A DNA stretch of 63,170 bases, the filler included, from Choristocarpus tenellus KU-1152 (Eukaryota > Protista > Phaeophyceae): the NCBI GenBank assembly GCA_964200185.2. It is 15 parts of 15 records of this genome, joined end to end, with 100 filler letters (N's around TTAATTAATTAA, not from the genome) between each part and the next. Parts side by side here need not be neighbours in the genome. Positions count along the whole stretch, not along the records: positions 25,215 to 29,357 come from CAXNAD020016004.1; positions 29,458 to 35,656 come from CAXNAD020008703.1; positions 35,757 to 41,284 come from CAXNAD020010517.1; 12 more parts are not named here. One strand, given 5' to 3'. Made by a program: the position numbers and the translations under genes. Below, piece by piece: positions 27,038 to 39,716 of the stretch (positions are counted from its first letter, which is position 1; the number at the start of each line of letters is the position of its first letter). The notes under the pieces are model-generated. The model ran no database searches and had not been told where the DNA came from. It saw only the letters and a program-made list of their open reading frames with translations.

Positions 27038-27289
27038 TCACGGTGGAAGATGCCTCACCCCACTGATGTTTGAGGTGAGACAGGCAGGATTCACCCCTGC
27101 CTTGTGTGCAGCAATGACACCCAAGGCCTCCAGGTAATTCGACACGGACAGTGTTCTTGAGGACGGCACCCTGGTGAAACCATCCCCGCTCCCTCCCTTG
27201 ACCACGGCCTCAACTTTTCGGAGCAGCTGGCCTGCCTCTGCACTCATTACAGTTTCATTGTCTTCCACTGCGATCAGGAGCGTAGATGT
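27038..27289 (-). CDS. DUF3326-family protein, terminal exon
   Basis: CAG acceptor, then TSTLLIAVEDNETVM...SVSNYLEALGVIAAHKAGVNPACL..., matching the C-terminal IAVxxN-T / NYxEAxG / KAG pattern of cyanobacterial/plastid DUF3326. Confidence 0.75.
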   Translation of the reverse strand, partial: TSTLLIAVEDNETVMSAEAGQLLRKVEAVVKGGSGDGFTRVPSSRTLSVSNYLEALGVIAAHKAGVNPACLTSNISGVRHLPP

Positions 27290-28258
27290 CTGTAGGGTTG
27301 AAGGGGGGGAGCGAATCAAGAGTCAACGAACAATCCCCCCCGTAAGCGATATTTGTTTTCGGTTGATTTGATTGGTCAGTTGACTTCTCAATCCAAAAAG
27401 AAAAAAACGAGAACACAGAAAACGGCAGATCAAGCTCTCTACCATACGGGCACAGAAATGCCTCACGAACAAAAAAAAACTCGAGATTAATGCAATGAGT
27501 AATGCAATGAGATGGTAAACAGAAAAAAAAAAACAAGGAAAAAAAAAAAACTCTACTGAGCAATTCCGTTCAGCGAGTCAAAAGGACCCCTCTCCTCTGT
27601 ATACCACGTCCTTATCTGAGATAGGAAGAGAGATCGGGTACACTCAATTCCCAGTAGAATGCCCTCTTCAGGTACATCACAGCTGTCAATGGTGTCACCA
27701 CCACCCTCTTCAACCAAAACAGAAAAAAAAGCAGTGTTATGCACAAGCTATTGCACCACCACCTACAGCTCTACCAACCCTAACCCTAACCCTAAGTCCT
27801 TACTCCATGTTACTATTAGGCACTAGACCACAGCCGTTCACGGCGGTGGGACGGTTGAAAATTACAGCTGAGCAACCATCGTTCTAGCTCAAGGTTCGAA
27901 GTGAAATAAGCACCTTGGGCTATTGCTTTCATAGACGAAACAATGCTAGCACAAACGGGGATATCCCCTGTTCCAACGAGCTGCTAAAAAAGGGAAAAAT
28001 AGGGATAGGGATATTTCAGGGCGGATTGTAGGAAAATTCCGGGAAATATCTTTAATTCTGACGACGAATGAAACGGGGGGTTGACGTATTGGCACGAAAA
28101 CATTAAAAGTTAATCACTGACAACAAGGGGTGCAATACCCTAATATTGCCAACAGTGTCTTGCACTAGCAAATCATACTGCTGACCAATACCTGTCCATC
28201 TTTCATTCCTCCTTGAGCTTCACATCATCACATACACAGAGAGAGAAAGAGAGAGAGA

Positions 28259-28293
<35 letters not shown>

Positions 28294-28367
28294 TCCCCAC
28301 CGATCAGAAGAACCCCTGGTTCACAAACAATGAATAATATATATATATATATATTCTTATTGTTTTC

Positions 28368-28527
28368 AGCAGCTTCTTGTCGGATCTCCTTGCAGAGAGT
28401 CCCCCACACCCCAATACAGTGGCCGGACTGCATAGCAATGCGAAGAGTTCAACCCTGGAGGCGTGTTTTCGTGAGCAGTCGTCCTACTCTTCTGTTGCAC
28501 CTCCCCGGGATGATAAAGAAGAGTGAC
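28368..28527 (+). CDS. Possible terminal exon, unknown protein
   Basis: TTTTCAG acceptor, then an open frame SFLSDLLAESPPHPN...PRDDKEE*. No homology recognised. Confidence 0.3.
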
Positions 28528-29786
28528 TCTCGCTAGCAAACGTGTGTGCATGTATATGCACGTTTGCAAGACAGTACTGATCCCTCAAAACACACAGCTA
28601 AAATATAATGAGTGCCGTAACAGTACCATAATAGTACCGGTACAGTACCGTAATAGTACCGTAATAGTATTGCATTAGTACCGTAACAGTACAGTGCGGT
28701 AGAAGTTACACCGCGTCTGAGCTAGTACTTGAAACACTGTGCTGAACAATGGTGACAACTTGCTAGAATGATGGTGACAACTTGCATGTCAAATACGCTA
28801 CCTACTACGACACTGTATACAAAAGCTAGAATGATACCTCCCCAGAGGAAATACAAGACCCGGGGGGGGAGGGGTTACCACCAAGTTCCTTGTGAAGAGT
28901 AGACTCTGCTCGACATGTCAATGCCAGCAATCCGCCAAGAAAAACCATGACCCTAGCTCAGGGGTCAAAGCAGAGAAGTCTTCCGTTCCATTCGGTAGTT
29001 GGTGGAATCTCATATAGTGAACAAAACTTGGTACAACAGAATGACACCTACGCCATCAGTACAACTCTATTAGAGGATGCAGCACTCCACCACTGTTGCC
29101 ACCTAACACCTCTAAAAACACGACTCTGCAACCTCTCTCTCTTGCGAGTGTCACAGTCTGTCACGCTCTTTAAAACTGTAAGTGATTCAAGAGTTACCTA
29201 GCAAATTAGCGCCCGCCCCGGATATGTTACGCCTGCTCACCAATTTCGTGTTTTTGAGTGTTTGAAATCACCGTTGTAACTTCTAACTCATCCTTCAGAT
29301 TATCCTAACGATCCAAAACAGTACCATGGTCAAAGTATCTGGTGGGCGGGGGGGGGGNNNNNNNNNNNNNNNNNNNNNNNNNNNNNNNNNNNNNNNNNNN
29401 NTTAATTAATTAANNNNNNNNNNNNNNNNNNNNNNNNNNNNNNNNNNNNNNNNNNNNGGTGATGGATGGTGTTTTCTGGATTAATTTTTGGGATTAGTAC
29501 CCCCTATCCTACCCCCCAATTTCTTCTCAGGGAAATCTAGTTTGGACAGTACGCTGTCCACCTGACTAGGACTACGAACTCTACACCTATACTATAATAT
29601 CTCTCTTTCATAGTACCATTAAAAAAATAAGTGGGAAATCGAAACGAGGTGGGAAGACGATATTGTTGAGCAGCATTGAAAGGGAGGGATTCAGTGACAG
29701 AAGTTGACAAGACTGATTCCAGCACATGAGAAGTAAGGAATTGCTGGCATGATCGGTGGAAGTTTACTTCACCACCCTAACCCTAA

Positions 29787-30067
29787 GAGTCAAAAGTATC
29801 TCAGGGTTAGGGTAGGGCCGCGTCCAGTTGGGGACCAAAATCGAATGTTGCAATTTTGATGTAATTTTGGCTATCGTGTTTGTTAGGGAGTGTCAATATC
29901 CTTGTTTTCCGGACAAATACATGATACCTACTAACGGATGCATTTAACCTACTCCGAAAAAAAATTGGAGTGAGAAAATTTCATTAAAAAGAACCTTGGG
30001 AAGCCAAACCCCAAACGGACAAACAGGGCAAAAACTCGAAGGTATACCCTCTAAGATGCTTTCACTC
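29787..30067 (-). mobile_element. MITE family B, reverse copy with telomere-like patch in the TIR
   Basis: GAGTCAAAAGTATCTCAGGGTTAGGGTAG...CTAAGATGCTTTCACTC. Confidence 0.88.
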
Positions 30068-31757
30068 TGAAACAGATCTAGTTCCGGCAGTTGGCAAAAA
30101 AAAGTAATCTGTAATGTGTAGTGCCTCTGAGTATGGACAGGATAGGCCCTATGCTAAAGTTACGAAAAATAGTAATAGTTGTAATAAAAAAATAATAATA
30201 ATAATAGTGGTATATTAATAGTAGAAATAATGAAAGAATGATAGTAGAATGTAATATCATTAACAATATAATAAAGATAAAATAATTAATGATAATGATG
30301 GGTGTGTTTCCCCTCCTTTGACTGACTCTCGAAGAACCTTCCCATCAATTTCTTGTCAATTTCTTGTGACTATAATAGAGTTCGTTAATATCGTTTCCGA
30401 AAACTTATCTCAACGAATTTCCGCCACGCTGTGTGTATAGATGTAGGCTCACATCCTGTTGTGAGGGACAAGGATAATGTTGTGACTGTTGAGGTCAACA
30501 CTGCATGCCACAGAACACAGTACTAAAACTTTCGTTCTACGTGCAGTAGAGCACTGATGAGCCAAAAGTAAAAAAGGTGTACCCTGGTTTTGGCCACTAT
30601 ACGTTTTGTGCCTGTTTCTCAGTCTAATGCAGTTCAACCGTATTTCTATGGTTGAAGTTCTACGTTTGAATTGAGAGCGATTGCCTTTTATATATTGTTT
30701 GTAACCTTCTGCCGCAGTTTTCATAAAATTTCCTCTGCACATTTGTAATGAAAGATGAATTTCGCACATACTTTGTCAGCACCCTTAAGGCACAACTCTG
30801 AGAACTTCTCACTTGCTTTGACTCTGATAGGAGCTGCAGCAAGTCGAGACACTTTTGTGAGTATAGGACACTTTTGTGAGCATAGGTGGTGCCATTTCGA
30901 GTGAAGCAGAAGTCAAGACAAGACAAGAAAAAACGCATTTGCCGTCGGGGTAGCAGTGATGCATTTTGAAAAATTTGGGGCCATAGCATCCTAGAGGGGG
31001 TATGTTTAACTCACGTTGTCCACAGTTAAACAGATGGCCCGATGAGGCGTTCTTAGATACCACAGTTTGATTACTGCTTTGCGGGTGATTTTCCTTTGAG
31101 CTTGGTTCAGGCGGTGGGTTAGAAAGGAGGTTACGTTCAGATAAAGACAATAACTGTTACATCTGAAAAGTTCAGATAAAGACAATTGCCGTTACATCTG
31201 AAAAGTTCACTCAAATGGCATGAACATCACTACAGGGACACACACGCCCCCAGCACCCCACTACCCCACTAGGATACTATGAGTCTCGGCGTACACGGAC
31301 GAAAAGAAAAGCAGAGATGGCACAGATTTATCGGCACAAATTTATCGTAGCATATTCTGCTCATGGAAAACAAACAAGAAAATGTGTATCTGCATGTTGC
31401 TGTGTGGGGCTGGCCTTCCAATCCTTCTTGCCCGTTGACGTTTGACTTGACTTTGAGGTCGCTGAAGGGTGAAAGCATCGAATCGTTCACTTCATCAGTC
31501 TAATCTTTGCTCCAGACATATAAAAACAAGGGACTCATCCCAACCCCCCCTGCTGGTAGTCTTGCTGCCAGCTCCTCCTGCTGTACTGATGCCCCATCTA
31601 CCCTGCCCCGAATATCCTTATCAAACCCCATCTTCAACAAGTTTCTGTGCTACCAAACATGTGAAGATATTTGCTCTCACTCACTCACTCACTCACTCAC
31701 ACACATGCTCGCACGCACGCACGCACACACACATACATGCACAATTTTTCTAAACAG

Positions 31758-33725
31758 GAGTACGTGTTTCGAAACATGCAGCACCATGTTAAGGGACTTC
31801 TTGACATCAAGACCTCTACCTGGCTCCTCCTTTTTTCCTTGGTTGGCGTTGCTACAGCTATCGCTGAGTTCATGTCTGAAAGGGATGAATCAGGGGATTT
31901 AACTATCTCCAATGCCACCATTATTCAAAATTTCATAGCTATAGGGTGAGTGAATTGATTACTATGTATATATGCCTATATGCCTATATGTATTTATGTA
32001 TGCATATACATATTCTGGATATATGTATTTATGTATGGTAACAGAGATTACTAGCAGTAGCTTTATGTCTTGGGATGACAGAGATAAATTGTGTTCAACG
32101 ACACGGATAATTTTTTCTTGCCATAGGAAACAACTAACGTTCCCCCTCTAGGGTTACTTGCAGCTATCAGTCCAATGTCTGATGTCCATACCTTTGCCTT
32201 CTTCCTCGCAGCCCTCAACCACCACCCTGAAGTGGGGGATGAAGGGAGTTGTAATAGGCATCATGTGCACGCCATTTAGTTCTCAAACTTAGCTGTGTGT
32301 CCACCCATGTCCCCTAATCTCCCACAAATGATCCGATATTGAGGGGGTGGTGGAGGTCGGGATGAATGTTGTGAACGTGAATGTGATAGAGAGGATATCC
32401 CAATGGTTGTAAATAAAAAAAGGGAATGTAGAGTATTGTTTGTTCGCCATTCACGCCTTGTCCTCTCTATAAGAACGGAACCCTCGGTTGAGGGTGGTGA
32501 TGCGCCCCTCACAACAGTGCCCCTGCACTGAAGTAAGTGTATTCCCCATTTTTTTTGTACAGACAAACAGGGTGTTGATTATATTGCTGGAAAAAAAATA
32601 TAGATCCAAAGCATTTGAGAGCGTAGGGTGGCCTCCGTTTGGGGTCATAAGTCTAATGTTGTGATTTTGATTCATTATTGGTATCGTGTATATTAGCAAG
32701 CATCAATATCCTTGCTCTGGAAACACCCTTCCTAGTTGTTTACATTTGGCTCAAAGTGTCTGGGGGGGTGGGGGGTGGCGGTTGTCCACTTGGGGTCAAA
32801 AAAAAAAAATTGTCAATTTTTTCATGTCACAGTTTTTGGTTGATTTGATTGCATACGGCGGATGGATAATTTAAATGCACTTTTCCCGATTTTGGCCTAA
32901 ATGGACACCCAGGTGTAGACCCCCTTCCCCCCTCCCACCCCAGATACTTTGGGTCTTTTACCTACTCCAAAGTTTCAAAATAGGTAACTGCGTTCACCCA
33001 GAAAACCGAAAAAAACGGCATTAGAAAAAACATGGGAAGCCAAGCCCAGAACGGACAAAAAGGGATAACTCCTACCCTCCTAAAATCTCTTTGGACCAAA
33101 GGATAAACTCCTACTCTCCTAAAATCTCTTTGGACCAAAGGATAAACTCCTACCCTCTTAAAATCTCTTTGGACCAAAGGATAAACTCCTACCCTCCTAA
33201 AATCTCTTTGGACCAAATGCATCTGGCATTTTTTCATAATATATTATAGGCTTTCATATTTTGGCCTTTACGTTAGCGCAAGAGTTCTCATGCATTTTCG
33301 GGAATTGAGCCAAATAATCTTAGAGGGTAGAGCCTTGTCCATTTCAGGTGCCAAAATCCAATGTTGCGATTTTGACGGAATTTTTGGACTATCGTGCTCG
33401 TTAGGAAGTGTCAATATCCATCTTCCGGACACACCTCTTTATAACATGTTCACTCTACCTACTCCTAAACATTTTGGAGTAGGAAAAATTCAGCGATAGA
33501 ACCAACCCATGGGAAGCCAAGTCCCAAACGGACAAAACAGGGCAAAGCTCCTACCCTAACCCTAAGATACTTTCACTCAATTTTACAATTGACTCCAGGT
33601 GGGGTTTACTTCTACTGGATCTTGTGGTGCTACGAGGGGTGGTGAATGCCATCCACCTGGTATTGGAGCAGACCCTGCTGCAAGAGCCGTACTCCAGGGC
33701 TAAGCTAGCAGTGAATCTTGTGCAG
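31758..33725 (+). CDS. Multi-pass membrane protein, possibly MLO-like; exons 31758-31945, 33599-33725 (possible further exon 35123-35173)
   Basis: Phase-2 junction joins EYVFRNMQHHVKGLLDIKTSTWLLLFSLVGVATAIAEF...NFIAIG|WGLLLLDLVVLRG, giving two hydrophobic segments. The Y...(L/I)...W pattern loosely resembles an MLO loop-to-TM segment. Confidence 0.6.
32603..33217 (-). mobile_element. Divergent family-B-like MITE with nested family A copy and tandemly amplified terminus
   Basis: B-type internal motifs (TCAATATCCTTG, ACCTACTCC, GGGAAGCCAAGCCC) are interrupted at 32748-32955; a 39-bp terminal unit is repeated 4 times at 33063-33217. Confidence 0.8.
32748..32955 (+). mobile_element. MITE family A nested in the B-like element, 3-bp TSD TTT
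   Basis: Removing the insert plus one TTT restores the B consensus TACATTTTACCTACTCC. Confidence 0.88.
33307..33578 (-). mobile_element. MITE family B, reverse copy with 4-bp TSD AATT
   Basis: aatt|GAGCCAAA...CTAAGATACTTTCACTC|aatt. Confidence 0.92.
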
Positions 33726-33777
33726 GTGAGCAACAAGTATATCTATTATCAGATTTATATACTACATGCCTCCAAAA

Positions 33778-34050
33778 GGCCTGAAGTATTTTTTTTTTGG
33801 GGGGGGGAGGGTGGCCGTCCATTTGGGACCAATTTTTCCATGTCACGATTTTGGGGTAATTTGGTTGTTATTGCATGAGTTGGATGGATAATGTAAGTTC
33901 ACTTCTCCTTGTCAGGGTCCGAATGGACACCGTGGTGTAGACACCCTCTCCCTGGCCCCCNNNNNNNNNNAGTCCCTCTCCCCGTTGGGGGGCCCAGAAG
34001 AACCCCGGGGGGACGCCCCCCCCCCCCCCCCCCCCCAGATACTTTGAGTC
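33778..34050 (+). mobile_element. MITE family A copy spanning a 10-N gap
   Basis: Internal GTCCATTTGG...TGGATGGATAATGTAAG...; ends CAGATACTTTGAGTC; AAA on both flanks. Confidence 0.8.
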
Positions 34051-34379
34051 AAACTCTACCTCTAACTTGCTTGATTATTGACTGATACTAAATGTCTCTA
34101 AATTCTAGCCCTAACTTGACTGATTGATGACCGACCCCAATTGTCTCTAAACTCTAGCCATAACTTGACTGATTGACGACTGATTGATGACTGATTCCAA
34201 TTGTGTCTAAGCTCTAGCCCTAACCCCAACTAGATGGAAGGGTACTAGCGGGAGCTGTGGAGTAGATACTACCATCTTGCTCGGTGTGTTGCGTATGGTC
34301 TATTACTCTTGAGAATTTTTGAAATTTGTGCAAGACATATATTGCACAAATTTCAAAAATTTACCTCTTCAAAATTCAA

Positions 34380-34760
34380 AACATTTCTGTCGCAACCTCT
34401 TGTTCTGGGCATGGCCCAGAACAACAGAAAAAGGGACATGGAGTATTTTCACTGTAACAGGGCTCTTTGGATAGGTTTAGGGTCGCTTACGTGTCCTAGC
34501 AATAAGAAACGAATGTAACCTTGGTGCTGCCAACAATGAATGTAACCTTGGCCCAACAATAGAAAATCTTTGTTTCCGTTGAACTCCATCCAGTTCAAGT
34601 AGAGGATTTGACTTCTAATGAACAAAAGGAGCAACAGAGGGGGATGTACGTTTTTCTTTGGTATTGTTTGATATAAAGTCAATTCATTTTTCGGAACAGT
34701 TGAAGTGGAATATTCGCAAGTGGTATACCACTGGCGATACCTAGGGTGGTAGTAAATGAT
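34380..34760 (-). pseudogene. Third Sola-like transposase relic (probably intronic, antisense)
   Basis: Frameshifted ILYL(Q)LDG..NKDFLLLG and VVLGHAQNK..CDR correspond to the second and third catalytic motifs. Confidence 0.5.
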
Positions 34761-35806
34761 CCTTCTTGAGCTGGCTACTCCTCTTGGGTCATTGCGATGA
34801 ACTGTGTACTTGTATAAGCTTAAAAAAATATTTTTGTACACTCCAATGTTAGTTTTATTTTTTACTTGACCTGCAAAAGCTATATATATATATATATATG
34901 ACTCCTGGACAAACGCACTATATTTCATTGTTATGATTTTTTTCACATTTTGCTGTGGGTTGGGGTTAGGGTTAGGGTCAGGATTAGGGTTGTGGTTAGT
35001 GGCAGCATGAAACCTATAGGTTGGACTCTTTGGTCTACAGTTTGTGGATGGTGCAGTTTTTGTTTTATATGTTGATGCTACTACAGAATCAGAAAAAAAA
35101 ACAACTCTGAATAGATGTAAAGGTCATGTTCATTGAAATTGATGCCTGCATGAATGCCAGTGGTGGAGAAGAGGTAGAAGGAAAAAGGCTCCTTAGTTCA
35201 GGTTGCTCATCTCTGTCGGAGTGCTCATGCGGCAGGCCATGACAAACCCTAACCCTAACCCAAACCCTAACCCTAACGTGTTCTGTTGAGCTTACTGGGT
35301 GCTGTAGTACAGCAATAATGACAATAACAACAATTACAACAGCCACAACGCCACTCTGTCAGATCAATCGTCGAATTGAATTTGAACAAAAAAAAACGAA
35401 AAAAAAGTCCTTGCGCATGACATGACAAGTGTTGTAAAAAAAGTCTCTTTTTTATTTTATTTTTCAAATCTGTTGCCTTTTTGAAACACATAGTTGTCAA
35501 TGGAGGGGTGGTCCACATACATTTTTTGATTCTTATTTTTTTCCTTCGGCCGAGTAGAAAATAAACGCCTTTGGCTCAAAGTATCTTCGGGGGGGGGGGG
35601 GGGGGGGGGGGGCGGGTTGTGTTGGGGGGGTTTTTTGTTGTGTGGGGGGGTTGGGGNNNNNNNNNNNNNNNNNNNNNNNNNNNNNNNNNNNNNNNNNNNN
35701 TTAATTAATTAANNNNNNNNNNNNNNNNNNNNNNNNNNNNNNNNNNNNNNNNNNNNCTAGGACAGGTACACATGGGCTGTCTTGGGCAAGGTATAATTTA
35801 TGTCTA

Positions 35807-35996
35807 GGTTCAAAGTACCTGGGGGGGGGGGGTAGTGGCTGTCCATTTGGGATCAATTTTTTGATCTCGCGATTTTTGTGTGATTTGGTTGATTTGGTTG
35901 CATATGTCGAATGGATAATGTAAGTGCACTTTTCTTGGTTTTGGCCCAAATGGACACAATGGTGTAGACCCCCTCCCCCCCCAGATACTTTGGGTT
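35807..35996 (+). mobile_element. MITE family A
   Basis: GGTTCAAAGTACCTGGGG...CCAGATACTTTGGGTT; flanks TCTA/TCTG. Confidence 0.9.
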
Positions 35997-36559
35997 TCTG
36001 GGTATATTTTAAAGGGACCAAACTGAATCTTAGATTCAGGAGGGTCACGTGCATGTTTGTCAAAACAAAAAAAGTAACTTGAGAACATATGATATTATGT
36101 GGCATATTCTTGGATATGTATAATATATTGTGAAAGATAGTGCGTGTAGCTTTTGACGTTTGTATGTTTTTCAAGAGATTGTTACACTTATTTTTTTGGC
36201 TTGAGTGCCTGTTAGTGCGTGTGATGTACAATACTTTTTATTGTTGTAGAACCATGCACAATACCTTTTCTTGAGTGTCAGACTAGGATACTATACTTCT
36301 GTCTGCTAACAAGTTTATCATAGAGTAAAAGAGAATTATACTACTGTCACATAATAGCTCTTCTGTTTAATGTTCTATTTGTTGATGATTTTATTTTTTA
36401 CCAATAGATATCATTTTTGCTTTGCAACCGTCCATTTTTATTTTAGATGACACAAATCAAGTGTTGAGAGATGTTGTTGATCCTTAGGGTTAGGGTTGAG
36501 TCTGTTATGCAGTCCTGGTTTATTGTCATCTTTGATTAATGGTAACAGTTGGTGTAATC

Positions 36560-37450
36560 AAGACATTATCAAGGACTTTGAAGCCTATTTACTTAAACAG
36601 TCGTCCAACTGAGACCCTATGGGGGCAAGTACATGCACTCATAAAAAGGGGCATTACTTTGTCATACCTTATTTCTTGGAAATGCAGAGTTTGATGCACT
36701 TTACCATTGTAGACAGCTGTAGGTTTAGCCTTAGCTGTAGGTTTAGCCTTAACCGAGAGGCCTTCACTCTGACGTTTCGTCCCCCTCTCCCCACTTGTTT
36801 TTTTCATTTTGTTGTGCTCTTCCCACTAACAGGTATAATTTCAGAAGACAGAGGTTCCCGTTTCCTGTTCTCCATTCTAGTTGGAATCCTGTGTACTACA
36901 ATCTCAATCCTGTTTTTGTTCCGAAGACCATACTTGGAATGTATTGCTAAGGCCTGAGGTTCTCCCACAGAGAAATGAGGGATTCGTGTAGGTTTGTTGC
37001 AAATCAACATTACCTTATGACTGAGAGAAAAGCCTCGATGCCGTCAATGTACCTCATTCCAACCCTTTGACCCCTTGAGATTGTGTCCATGGCTGTCTAT
37101 CATCTTTTGTCAACCTGTAGCATACACATATTATTTTTTCTCCTATTTGTTAAGGAGGCTGGTCAATGACGCAGCTCACTCACTGAAGTGAAAAGTGCGG
37201 AATGTTGATGAAGAGGAGTGCTTCTTCTTCTCATTTGCAAGAAAGGGAAAAGGATGGAATTATCTTGTTTTTGCACTCAAGACCCTGTTGATATTCAAGG
37301 ATTGATGTACTGCGCTGGCCCTGTGTCGCCTGTACGTTAATTTTTTTTGTAGCGTATCGTCTATTCAGTGGTGGATTGGTAGGGCACCATGTGACACTTT
37401 CTCTCAGGATTTGCATGGAGTACTTTCAAGGAATACATATTTGATTATGC
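36560..37450 (-). pseudogene. Possible LINE reverse transcriptase relic
   Basis: Weak ordered traces IDGI, KYGLRN (cf. QxGFR) and FKVLDNV (cf. KAFDxV); heavily degraded. Confidence 0.3.
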
Positions 37451-39618
37451 TTGTCTCTGTAGTATTGGATGTGGGTGTGTTGAGATGCAGATGGTGGTTG
37501 GTACCTTTCGAATGAACGTAAAGCAAAACTTGTTCAAGTTGCACTGAATTGGAATATATGCCATGGACCAAGTTCAAGTGTTAGGGTTACTATCCTGTGG
37601 GAATCTAAATTTAGACTTTATGCAGGCAGGTGCAATGGGCGTTTCTGTAATTTCAGCTGAGTGGTGCTGGCTCTGGATTGGTGGGGCCCGTACATTTCTA
37701 AACAGTTTTTGATGTATGTTGGTTGTAAAGGTGTGATTTGTAAATTTTTGCGGTTTTGTTGAGAAGTCCTGAATGCTGGAATCTTCTAATTTGGTCTGGG
37801 TATTGACCTACTGAGGTTTTGTGCTGACTGGAAGTTTGAAACGACTATCCTTCAATAGTATGTGCTGTACTTATATTGTATATTGCACGGTTGATATGTA
37901 ACCATGCCAACAGCCTATGGTGTTCATTGCATTGAGGCATGCTGTGTGCTGTAGCTGATGTCATGTTGAAGGATAGGCACCGTGAATTTTGTAATGCAGT
38001 GCCTGGAGGAAATAAGTGCATATGGATAAGTGAGAGCCAGGGTATGGAATCGTAGATAGAGCAGAGAAGAAAAGCAAGCTATCTTAATAATTCAAATAGT
38101 ATTGTTCGTTCATTCCCACTTTCTTGTTGCTTTTGCTTGTAGCCTGGGCAGGGTTGCCCAAAGGAGCTGGTCTTTCCCTCTGTTGATTGGTTGGTTGACA
38201 AAGGCATCGATTGCTAAATGGGGCAGGAAGAGGGCAGAAGTTGCGTGAATTGGGGCAGGTTGTGTTTGAACATACTTCAAAGTAGGTCTTATATCTGCAC
38301 TGCCTGCAATATGTACTAGAGATAACAGTGATTGACTTACGACATGTTTGCAATACTGTTGTGATGATTAGTAATTATAATGTACAAAATTTGTGGAAAG
38401 AAGTTTTGTCTGTTATCATACCATACATTGCTGACCATACTCTGTCATACCATTTGAGGTTTTGGGTCAGAAGTCTTAGAGTCCACAGTGGAGGAGCATC
38501 AATGAGAGAGTTCCCATGTAATCTCTTGAAGAGGTCGATTCTGAAGGCGGACTCTCATCAGAATTGCCAAGCGCCAAGGGTCTCCTTTGGAGTCCCGTCC
38601 TTTTCCAGCCGTGATTAGCCCCACTCCTCACTTTTGTCCTTGTTCTCTTGATTAGGGTTAGGGTTAGGCTTAGTTCCGTCTGGTTCGTTTTGCCCAGTGA
38701 TTATCTTCACCACCCTTGTCTGAGTAAGCCATGACGCCACAGAATCAAACGATACACATTGGTGACCCTGGTGAATTCAGATACAGGGTGATGAGCACGA
38801 CTTAAATCACTTGATAGCATGCCAAACTCAAAAGATCAGACCCTTCTGGTATCAACATGAGAGAATAAATGTCTACGCTCTGAAGAAAATTGCTACCAGG
38901 CAGAAAAAACTTGTCATAACCTGGTATTCAGTCTGTCAGCATTATCGTAAGTGATGCCTCATTCCACTAGAAACCAGTCTCATGGTCCAGGTGCCATAAC
39001 CAACAAGCAAAATCCACAGCCTTGCACAATCTGACACAGGGTTCTTACCAAGAAAATTGTGATGGGTCACTCGATGCCAACTTTTGATTAGACACCCCAA
39101 ACCATCAGTGCCATGAAGACTGATGATACCGCCTGGTTCGGTAGAGCTAGAGAAAAGTTACGTCAAGATTCCAGTATAACCAAAACTTTCCAAGCTAAAA
39201 CATTCGATCAGTCAAAAGTGTCTCGACTGTTAGACCTTCAGGATGCTCACAACAGATCAGGTTTTTCCTTGAATCCAGCAGAACTTGGAAGATCTGGTCA
39301 AAATATAGCAGAAATTCCAATTCCTCCTCATGCATGCTAACTACTGTAGCTTGATGCTGGTGTAGAGTATGTTGAACGGAGGCCAAATCTCAAGCTAGGT
39401 GGTGCGCACTTGCCCGATCTGTTAGGATTTGAGGTTGTATCCTATCAACCTCACTCAGCGACGAAGAAGTGCCTGCTTGTTCGTCATCACCCAGTGTGTT
39501 GTGTGTTAACCCGTGCTGTTTTCTGTACCACTACTGCTACTACCAATGTTGTCATACCGACAAACGCAACAACAAAAGGCTACAGAAATACTAACAATGG
39601 TAAGGGGGCATATAATAG

Positions 39619-39716
39619 ATAGTGGTGTCGGAGGAAGGAGAGAGGAGGAGGCGTCAGGTCCAGGACCAACACTCACGATGAAAAGACTGACCATCGATGA
39701 TTTCTGCACATCATGA
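39619..39716 (+). CDS. Possible terminal exon, unknown protein
   Basis: TAG acceptor, then ...GVGGRREEEASGPGPTLTMKRLTIDDFCTS*. Confidence 0.3.

Noticed and set aside
33063-33217. LVQRDFRRVGVYP repeat protein or CRISPR array
   Set aside because: It is a tandem copy of a MITE terminus inside an intron.
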